A model generated the notes under the pieces. That model saw only the letters and a list, made by a program, of their open reading frames with translations, was not told where the DNA came from and did not search any database. DNA of 24,000 nucleotides, from NCBI GenBank assembly GCA_036804525.1, contig DAIRSE010000016.1:5661-29660 (forward strand), read 5' to 3'. This DNA is from Bacillota bacterium. Its GTDB lineage: Bacteria > Bacillota > Desulfotomaculia > Desulfotomaculales > JASEER01. The translations under genes and the position numbers were made by a program. This document shows positions 17,652 through 23,191 of the stretch, in pieces. Numbering within the stretch: position 1 is the first letter of the stretch; each line of letters begins with the position of its first letter.

Positions 17652-19172
17652 TTATCTCCCCTGGTCAGTAGTCAGCCAGACCTTGATGATTTCCGCTACC
17701 TGGTCCGGTTTCTGCTTAGCCAGTTCGCGAATCGGCGTCGGGTCCTTGCCGGCCGCCGCTTGACCTCCGAGCTGCCCGACCATGACGGGCGTAACCTCCT
17801 GTACCGCAGGCTGTTGCGGAACCGAAGCCTTACGCCCGCGCAGCACCGACATCGCGACAAGCCCGATGATCGCGAGCAGCAGCACCCCGCCGCCGGCAGC
17901 TACATACAGCATCCACTTGTTCTTCTGCGCGGCCGGTTCGGGAGCGGGCCCCAGGTCTTCCTCAGCACCGGGCTCAAAGGCCAGGCTGGATACAACGACC
18001 TGGTCGCCGCGCTGCTCGTCCAATCCTAAAGCGGCGGTAACAACCTGCTGGATCTGCTGCTGGCGGCCCGGCGCCACCGTATCGTCCACCACAACGGCCG
18101 CTGAGATCCGTTTCACCGCCCCCGGAGCCTTAACGGTGGTTTCCTGAACCGTCCCGACTTGATAAGTTTTGCTCGATTCCTCGCGCTCGTACGAGGACCC
18201 GGCCCCCTGGCCGGTATTGTAGGTAGGCACCTGAGAAAGGCTGTTCTCGGTTTCCGGAATCCCGCCGGCTCCGGCCCCGCTGCCCGTTTCGCGCGCGTTG
18301 TGTTCGGTCAGGACCGCGGAATTCTCCGAAGGGATGCTGGAAACCAGTTCCTGGCGATCAAAATCCAGCTCGGCCGTCACCTGGACGACGAACTTTCCGG
18401 CGCCGAGGACCCGTTCGAGCACCGACTGCACCTTCTTCTCGCACTCGCGCTCGAACGACCGCGTAGCCTCATGCCGGGCTAAGGCCGCACCGGTCAATTC
18501 GTCGGCGGCCATGTCGCCGTTCAGGACACGTCCCCGGGCATCGACGACATGGACGTTCTCGCTGCGCAAACCCTCGACACTGCCGGTGGCCAGGGCGACG
18601 ATGCCTTCGACCTGCTGGCGCGAGAGAGAGGCCCCCGGCTTCAGCTTTAAAACTATGGAAGCCTTGGCTTCCGCACCCTCGTCGCTGAAAACGCTCTTCT
18701 CCGGGATCACCAGGTGGACCCTGGCCTGCTCGACCTCGACAAGCTGAACAATCGTACGGCGGAGTTCTTCCTGCAGGGCCCGCTGGTAGTCGACCTTCTG
18801 TTCGAATTCGGTAACGCCGAAGCGGGTCTTGTCAAAAAGCTCGAAACCCGGGCCGTCGACGCCGATGGCGCCCGAAGTAGCAAGCTGGATGCGGGCCTCG
18901 TGCACCTTGCTTTTGGGGACCTCGATCGTGGTTCCCTGATCTTTGAGGATGTACGGGATCTTCATTTGCTTGAGGCTTTCGGTAATCGTGCCCGCTTCCT
19001 TGGGATCGAGCCCCGTAAACAGCGGGGCGTAATTCACAGTCTTCAGCCAGCTCAAAAGGAGATAGACACCCGCCGCGAAGGCGATCAGCAGGAGGGCGAC
19101 CGCCCCCTTCTGCACGGCGGACATGGCCTGCCAGCGATTCAGCAGGTTCCCCTGTACCGGCTGGTCAGCCAC
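17652..19172 (-). CDS. fliF: flagellar MS-ring protein FliF
   Basis: 506 aa with an N-terminal TM helix, YscJ/FliF ring-building domains and a C-terminal TM helix. GTG start lies 8 nt after GGGAGG. Confidence 0.93.
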   Translation of the reverse strand: MADQPVQGNLLNRWQAMSAVQKGAVALLLIAFAAGVYLLLSWLKTVNYAPLFTGLDPKEAGTITESLKQMKIPYILKDQGTTIEVPKSKVHEARIQLATSGAIGVDGPGFELFDKTRFGVTEFEQKVDYQRALQEELRRTIVQLVEVEQARVHLVIPEKSVFSDEGAEAKASIVLKLKPGASLSRQQVEGIVALATGSVEGLRSENVHVVDARGRVLNGDMAADELTGAALARHEATRSFERECEKKVQSVLERVLGAGKFVVQVTAELDFDRQELVSSIPSENSAVLTEHNARETGSGAGAGGIPETENSLSQVPTYNTGQGAGSSYEREESSKTYQVGTVQETTVKAPGAVKRISAAVVVDDTVAPGRQQQIQQVVTAALGLDEQRGDQVVVSSLAFEPGAEEDLGPAPEPAAQKNKWMLYVAAGGGVLLLAIIGLVAMSVLRGRKASVPQQPAVQEVTPVMVGQLGGQAAAGKDPTPIRELAKQKPDQVAEIIKVWLTTDQGR

Positions 19173-19191
19173 CCCTTAAAACCTCCCTGTC

Positions 19192-19226
19192 ATTGGACGT
19201 AGGACATAGGACATAGGACGTAGGAC
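19192..19226. repeat. heptanucleotide tandem array (5 units; coding strand GTCCTAN)
   Basis: Plus strand reads attggac gtaggac ataggac ataggac gtaggac. It lies immediately upstream of the fliF SD. Confidence 0.9.
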
Positions 19227-19378
19227 TTAAGGAAGAACTCAGGAATCAACTTCGGGCCGGGCCCGCTACGCTCACCTGTTTCGGCCCTACCCGCGAAACC
19301 ATCATAAACCGTATCGGTTGTAGACCGGTATTTCGGCTGTTCCGTACCACGTACGACATACGAACGACGGACGACCGT

Positions 19379-19612
19379 TTTTGAGTCAGGAATCGGCGTA
19401 GCCGATCGATTCGGTCCTCTGTTTCCGACGACGGACGACTGACGACGGACGACCGCTTTTGAGTCAGGAATCGGCGTAGCCGATCGATTCGGTCCTCTGT
19501 TTCCGACGACGGACGACTGACGACGGACGACCGTTTTTGAGTCAGGAATCGGCGTAGCCGATCGATTCGGTCCTCTGTTTCCGACGACGGACGACTGACG
19601 ACGGACGACCGC
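19379..19612. repeat. three head-to-tail copies of a 78-bp unit in the fliE-fliF spacer
   Basis: Units occupy 19379-19456, 19457-19534 and 19535-19612. The first and third are identical; the middle one differs only at its last base. On the coding strand each unit is four GTCGTCN heptamers plus a roughly 46-nt core containing the hairpin AUCGGC-UAC-GCCGAU. More degenerate copies continue down to about 19230. Confidence 0.95.
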
Positions 19613-19906
19613 TTAGACAGGCATGCGCGACAGCTCTTGATAAGCCTCGACCAGCTTGTTGCGGACTTCCAGGGAAAGCTGCATCATCAGGTGGGCCTCT
19701 TCAAGGGCGATCATCACCTGGTGCACGTCCTTGACCTCCCCGGAGAGAAAGCCCTGCACAGCCTTGTCGGCCTTGACCTGCGAAGCGTTGAGCTCCTCAA
19801 TCGCTCTGGTCAGGACCTCGCCGAAAGCCGCCCCCTTGGCCGCCCCCTGCTTATTACCGGGGCTTAACGTGGATAGGCTGCCAACCGCTGAGACTTCCTT
19901 AATCAT
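19613..19906 (-). CDS. fliE: flagellar hook-basal body protein FliE
   Basis: 97 aa with FliE-type sequence (VHQVMIALEEAHLMMQLSLEVRNKLVEAYQELSRMPV), positioned after flgC. Confidence 0.88.
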   Translation of the reverse strand: MIKEVSAVGSLSTLSPGNKQGAAKGAAFGEVLTRAIEELNASQVKADKAVQGFLSGEVKDVHQVMIALEEAHLMMQLSLEVRNKLVEAYQELSRMPV

Positions 19907-19925
19907 TCTTACCTACCCCCGTTCC

Positions 19926-19981
19926 CTGCGACCTACGACATACGACGTACGACTTACGACGTATGACGTACAACGTACGAC
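19926..19981. repeat. heptanucleotide tandem array (8 units; coding strand GTCGTAN)
   Basis: Plus strand reads ctgcgac ctacgac atacgac gtacgac ttacgac gtatgac gtacaac gtacgac. The array fills the flgC-fliE spacer. Confidence 0.9.
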
Positions 19982-19984
19982 GAA

Positions 19985-20377
19985 TTACGCTCCCAACTCA
20001 AGGGCCTTCATGATCATCTGCTTCGAGGCCTCGAAGGCTGATACGTTGGCCTGGTAGGCCCTCGTCGCGCCGATCATGTTCACCATTTCCTGCCCGAGGT
20101 CGACGGCCGGATAGGCTACGAAGCCCTGCGCATCGGCGTCGGGATGGCCGGGCTCCTGCACCCTGACGGGCGGAGAGGGGTCGGGTAACAGCGCGGTCAC
20201 CGCCACCCCCCCGGAAAGCATCTCCGTGAAGACGGGCATGTTGCGCCGGTACGGCCCGCCCCCGGCAGTCCTGGTGGTATGGATGTTGGCGATGTTATCG
20301 GCTAAAAGGTCGAGGCGGAAGCGCTGGGCCGTCATACCGGAACCGCTGATGCGCAAGCCGGAGAAGAACCCGCTCAT
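19985..20377 (-). CDS. flgC: flagellar proximal rod protein FlgC
   Basis: 130 aa. Rod motif LADNIANIHTTRT is present and the C-terminus reads YQANVSAFEASKQMIMKALEL. SD is GGGGAGGAGG. Confidence 0.93.
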   Translation of the reverse strand: MSGFFSGLRISGSGMTAQRFRLDLLADNIANIHTTRTAGGGPYRRNMPVFTEMLSGGVAVTALLPDPSPPVRVQEPGHPDADAQGFVAYPAVDLGQEMVNMIGATRAYQANVSAFEASKQMIMKALELGA

Positions 20378-20381
20378 CTAG

Positions 20382-20738
20382 CTACCTCCTCCCCTGAATG
20401 ACTTCGCGCAGAATGGCAATATGCTTTTTCAGACACTGCGCGGTCGTGTTATACAGCAGTGAGTTGGTGCTTAGCTCGATCATCTCTTCTTCCAGGTCGA
20501 CATTATTCCCGTCGGCGCGCAGTGACGGGCGGCTGTCGCGGACAACCCTGGGCTCGGCGCCCGCCGCCGCTCCCCCTTTCAAGGCATGGTCGAGCACCTG
20601 TTCGAAAACCACGCGCTCTTTCTTATAGCCGGGGGTGTCGATGTTGGCGATGTTCTTGGCCGAGGCCTTTTGCCGCAAAGCCTGGGCGTCAAGGCCCCGG
20701 CGGAGGAGTGTCGTCGTAGGGTCGTCCAGGATACGCAT
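20382..20738 (-). CDS. flgB: flagellar proximal rod protein FlgB
   Basis: Rod motif SAKNIANIDTPGYK is present. Start placed at ATG 20738 (MRILDD), preceded by AAAGGGGGAAGG. The ORF-track start at 20774 lies inside the leader hairpin region. Confidence 0.9.
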   Translation of the reverse strand: MRILDDPTTTLLRRGLDAQALRQKASAKNIANIDTPGYKKERVVFEQVLDHALKGGAAAGAEPRVVRDSRPSLRADGNNVDLEEEMIELSTNSLLYNTTAQCLKKHIAILREVIQGRR

Positions 20739-20780
20739 TGCGCCTTCCCCCTTTGGATCGCTCGGCCTGTTCAAGAGAGA

Positions 20781-20806
20781 AGGCTATCCCGAAACCGGGA
20801 TAGCCT
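20781..20806 (-). terminator. leader hairpin forming the riboswitch expression platform (possible attenuator)
   Basis: Perfect 11-bp stem AGGCUAUCCCG-GUUU-CGGGAUAGCCU on the minus-strand RNA, followed by UCUCUCUU, which is a poor U-tract. It sits about 40 nt before the flgB SD. GAGAGAAGG, just 3' of the aptamer, is complementary to CCUUCUCUC on the 3' flank of the hairpin. Confidence 0.45.
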
Positions 20807-20824
20807 CTGAAAGACTTCCTTCTC

Positions 20825-20923
20825 TCCCGTTTCGGCGACCGGCTACCTTAACCAACTTGACAGTGGCTTTAGGTCCTTGGCTTTGCGTCCCCATCTTTCG
20901 ATGGGTTTGCCTTTTCGACGGAA
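20825..20923 (-). promoter_or_regulatory. c-di-GMP-I (GEMM-I) riboswitch aptamer in the flgB operon leader
   Basis: The minus-strand RNA carries GGCAAACC, then the hairpin CCCAUC-GAAA-GAUGGG, then GGACGCAAAGCC. These are followed by CCUAAA, AGGUAGC, and CCGA. P1 closes as UUCCGU/ACGGGA. The blocks are colinear with the Vc2 aptamer as I recall it. Confidence 0.85.
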
Positions 20924-20969
20924 CATTATCTGCTTGGCCAAACAATGGCGATATTCCCATCTCTAGCTA

Positions 20970-20999
20970 AGTTTACAGGTAGTCTACATAAGTTGACAA
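20970..20999 (-). promoter_or_regulatory. candidate sigma-A type promoter for the riboswitch-flgB leader
   Basis: Minus strand reads TTGTCA-N18-TAAACT, about 40 nt upstream of the aptamer. The match is moderate. An alternative -10, GATAAT at 20925-20930, would truncate P1. Confidence 0.3.
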
Positions 21000-21122
21000 T
21001 AGCTGTCGAAAAGGCGCGGACGTAAACTATGAAAGTTTTTGGCGAAAAACGACGCGTTTCGGTCGGTGCGAAAGGCCCCGAACCTTCCTTCGGTACCACC
21101 GGCCGCGCCGCCGGCAAAGTAC

Positions 21123-21158
21123 AAAAAAACAGGGAGGCCTTGCATGGCAAGACCTCCC
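21123..21158 (-). terminator. Rho-independent terminator, minus-strand specific
   Basis: Minus RNA reads GGGAGGUCUUGC-CAU-GCAAGGCCUCCC: a 12-bp stem with one G-U pair. It is followed by UG and then UUUUUUU. On the plus strand the same position is a C-A mismatch and no U-tract follows. Confidence 0.75.
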
Positions 21159-21405
21159 ATGAAGACGCCGGGGAAGAGCAACAGCATAGGTACTATAACA
21201 AGGTTTTATAATACGATAGCCTTAAAACACATCGGCATCTTAGACAGAAGCACCACAAGCCCGATGAAGATACATCGAGCTAATTCATAAATTCGCACCT
21301 TTTCCAACTATTACAGTTTTTGCATTTGGGTGTTTCGACGTGCTAATTTAATTATTTGTATATTTTCATCAGGCACTACTTATTTTGCTGCAGAAACACC
21401 GGTTA
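21123..21405 (-). ncRNA. candidate sigma-28-dependent small transcript (about 280 nt) with no convincing ORF
   Basis: Bounded by the sigma-28 promoter at 21412-21439 and the terminator at 21123-21158. The interior is AT-rich compared with the rest of the window. Only micro-ORFs are present. Confidence 0.4.
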
Positions 21406-21411
21406 GATAGC

Positions 21412-21439
21412 ATATCGGCATCCTCCCCCTCAAACTTTA
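21412..21439 (-). promoter_or_regulatory. sigma-28 (FliA/SigD) promoter, near-perfect consensus
   Basis: Minus strand reads TAAAGTTT-GAGGGGGAGGAT-GCCGATAT. The consensus forms are TAAA-N15-GCCGATAT and TAAAGTTT-N11-GCCGATAA. Both boxes match 8/8, and the spacer is 1 nt longer than the consensus. Confidence 0.7.
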
Positions 21440-21500
21440 GCCCCCATTTGTAAAAACCCATAAAAATTTTGTTAAGGGCTAAATTTGACTAAATAGGTCT

Positions 21501-21527
21501 TAAGTTTGCCCGGTGGGCTCCGAAACT
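21501..21527 (+). promoter_or_regulatory. sigma-28-like promoter of the flagellin gene
   Basis: cTTAAGTTT-N11-TCCGAAAC. The -35 matches 7/8 of the extended box and the -10 retains the CCGA core. It lies about 60 nt upstream of the flagellin ATG. Confidence 0.5.
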
Positions 21528-21586
21528 ATTGTCAGAGGGGCTTCCCGGGGGCCCTGAAGCTTTACCCGCAAAAGGGGGAAAACAGG

Positions 21587-22693
21587 ATGCAGATTTACCA
21601 CAATATCGCCGCCCTGAATGCCACGAGACAGCTTGGCGTTAACACCCTGTCAGCGAATAAATCCCTGGCCCGCCTGTCCTCGGGTTTGCGCATCAACTCC
21701 GCGGCCGACGACGCCGCCGGGCTGGCCATCTCCGAAAAGATGAGGATGCAGATCAGGGGCTTGGGCCAGGCGATCAAGAACTCGCAGGACGGGACCTCGA
21801 TGGTACAGACCGCCGACAGCGCCCTCCAGGAAATCCAGGGCATGCTCGACCGTATGTACGAACTGGCCAACCAGGCGGCAAACGGGCTTTTGGAAGATGG
21901 CGACCGCACCAAGGCTCAAAACGAGATCGACGCGCTGGTGCAGCAGATTAACACCATTGCTTCGTCTACAAAGTTTAACGGTAAGCTTCTGCTCAACGGA
22001 ACCTTCGGCGTCCAGCTTGATAGCAGTTCAACTCTCGCCGTAGGCAGCAACGGCGTCACCGCCATCGACATTTCAGGGGCAAAGGCGAGCACAACGTATA
22101 CAATTACTCAGACGGTAGCCGGACAGATTGACCTTAGCGATGGTAATGGTAACACGCAGCGGCTTACCGGGCTTGGGAACACCTACACCGGAACACTGAA
22201 CTTCGACAAGCTTGGAGTAAAAATTTCAGGCACGAATCTTGACTTAGACGGCACTTCTCCCCTTAACGGCCTTACCATCGTTACCACCGCTAACGCAGCC
22301 GTTTCTCTGCAGATCGGCGCCGAGAATGACGTTAACCAGAGAATCGGCGTGACCATCGCTAACCTGAGCGCCTCTGCCCTTGGTATCGGCACCCTCAGCA
22401 TCAGCGACCAGACTTCGGCCCAGAGTGCCATGGATGCCATCAACGCGGCTATGGCCACGGTCAACACCGAGCGCGCCAAGCTGGGCGCCCTCCAGAACCG
22501 CCTTGAGTATACAATCAAGAACCTCGGCGGCACCCAGGAAAACATGACCGCCGCCGAGGCGCGTATCCGCGACGCCGACATGGCCAAGGAAATGATGGAG
22601 TTCACCAAGTTCAACATCCTGAACCAGGCAGCGACGGCGATGCTCGCCCAGGCCAACCAGATGCCGCAGACCGTCCTGCAGCTCCTGAGGTAA
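21587..22693 (+). CDS. fliC: flagellin
   Basis: 368 aa from ATG 21587 (SD AGGGGGA). N-terminus is MQIYHNIAALNATRQL...LSSGLRINSAADDAAGLAISEKM. C-terminus is LGALQNRLEYTI...ILNQAATAMLAQANQMPQTVLQLLR. The ORF-track start at 21506 adds a non-flagellin leader. Confidence 0.95.
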   Translation: MQIYHNIAALNATRQLGVNTLSANKSLARLSSGLRINSAADDAAGLAISEKMRMQIRGLGQAIKNSQDGTSMVQTADSALQEIQGMLDRMYELANQAANGLLEDGDRTKAQNEIDALVQQINTIASSTKFNGKLLLNGTFGVQLDSSSTLAVGSNGVTAIDISGAKASTTYTITQTVAGQIDLSDGNGNTQRLTGLGNTYTGTLNFDKLGVKISGTNLDLDGTSPLNGLTIVTTANAAVSLQIGAENDVNQRIGVTIANLSASALGIGTLSISDQTSAQSAMDAINAAMATVNTERAKLGALQNRLEYTIKNLGGTQENMTAAEARIRDADMAKEMMEFTKFNILNQAATAMLAQANQMPQTVLQLLR

Positions 22694-22711
22694 CCAAAGC
22701 TCCCGCTCCTG

Positions 22712-22748
22712 AAGAGGCCGTCCGGTCTGAGGGCGGCCTCTTTTCTTT
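22712..22748 (+). terminator. Rho-independent terminator of flagellin
   Basis: AAGAGGCCGTCC-GGTCTGA-GGGCGGCCTCTT forms a 12-bp stem with one G-U pair. It runs into TTTTCTTT. Confidence 0.85.
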
Positions 22749-22779
22749 GCCCGGCGGTCCTATTTGGGCCGCCGTTCTC

Positions 22780-22807
22780 TAAAGTTGGGCTTTGTTCAAC
22801 CCGATTA
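22780..22807 (+). promoter_or_regulatory. sigma-28 promoter for flaG-fliD
   Basis: TAAAGTTG-N12-CCCGATTA, about 35 nt upstream of the flaG ATG. Confidence 0.6.
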
Positions 22808-22840
22808 GCAAGGTAAGAAGAGGATACCGGAGGGGTAACG

Positions 22841-23173
22841 ATGAACGTTACCGGTGTGGGGAGCGCGGCGCCCGCCGCGCGCATTATCCAGAACCGCGTT
22901 CAGGAGCCCGCAAAGCCGCCGGGCGTGCAGAGTCCGCCGGACGGGCCGCAGCGTACCGAAGAGCCGGGCGGCGGACCGTCGCGCGTCCGGATGCCCCTGG
23001 ACGGCGGAACTTTTCTGCAGTTTTCTGTGCACGAAGAGACCAAGGACGTCATCGTACGGGTGCTGGACAGCGTTACGGGTGAGGTCATCCGGGAATTTCC
23101 GCCGGAGGCCATCCTGGACATGGTCGCCCGGATGCTCGACCTGGCCGGCCTGCTCGTCGACGAAAAGCGTTAA
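22841..23173 (+). CDS. flaG: flagellar protein FlaG
   Basis: 110 aa with the FlaG-family C-terminal segment (LQFSVHEETKDVIVRVLDSVTGEVIREFPPEAILDM). SD is GGAGGGG. Positioned between flagellin and fliD. Confidence 0.85.
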   Translation: MNVTGVGSAAPAARIIQNRVQEPAKPPGVQSPPDGPQRTEEPGGGPSRVRMPLDGGTFLQFSVHEETKDVIVRVLDSVTGEVIREFPPEAILDMVARMLDLAGLLVDEKR

Positions 23174-23191
23174 GAACGGGGTGATGACCAA

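Noticed and set aside
19280-19330. A sigma-28-like ACCGATAC within the degenerate repeat region, considered as an internal fliF promoter.
   Set aside because: No TAAA-type -35 lies at the required 15-16-nt spacing; only GAAA occurs, at 12 nt.
19379-19612. The 78-bp repeats considered as a CRISPR array.
   Set aside because: The units abut directly with no unique spacers, and the period equals the unit length. There are no cas genes, and the array lies inside an operon. This is a plain tandem repeat.
20739-20824. A C. difficile-style invertible flagellar switch between the riboswitch and flgB.
   Set aside because: Only about 85 nt are available, and they are occupied by a single hairpin. I found no flanking 15-25-bp inverted repeats and no recombinase gene.
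21004-21010. A Spo0A-box-like TGTCGAA just upstream of the candidate flgB promoter, with weaker CGTCGAA copies nearby.
   Set aside because: A single 7-mer match is easily explained by chance in about 700 bp searched on two strands. No supporting tandem boxes are present.
20926-21290. Intergenic ORFs: 20926-21150 (-), 20984-21187 (-), 21029-21211 (+) and 21039-21290 (+).
   Set aside because: None has an SD, and their composition is implausible. The two minus-strand ORFs read straight through the intrinsic terminator hairpin and U-tract. The region is better explained as promoter, leader and ncRNA space.
21366-21380. A CodY-box-like TATTTTCATCAGGCA.
   Set aside because: It matches only about half of the 15-nt AATTTTCWGAAAATT consensus.
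21369-21413. GGAGGA followed 7 nt later by ATG, opening a 14-codon ORF (MLSNRCFCSKISSA) on the minus strand.
   Set aside because: The SD-like run is the spacer of the sigma-28 promoter, and the ATG overlaps its -10 box (GCCGATATG). A transcript starting downstream of the -10 would not contain either element.
22183-22884. A 233-aa minus-strand ORF antisense to flagellin, plus overlapping ORFs around flaG (22792-23082, 22805-23191, 22854-23261, 22900-23121).
   Set aside because: These are shadow frames of flagellin and flaG. The sense-strand products have unmistakable family signatures, and the antisense translations do not.
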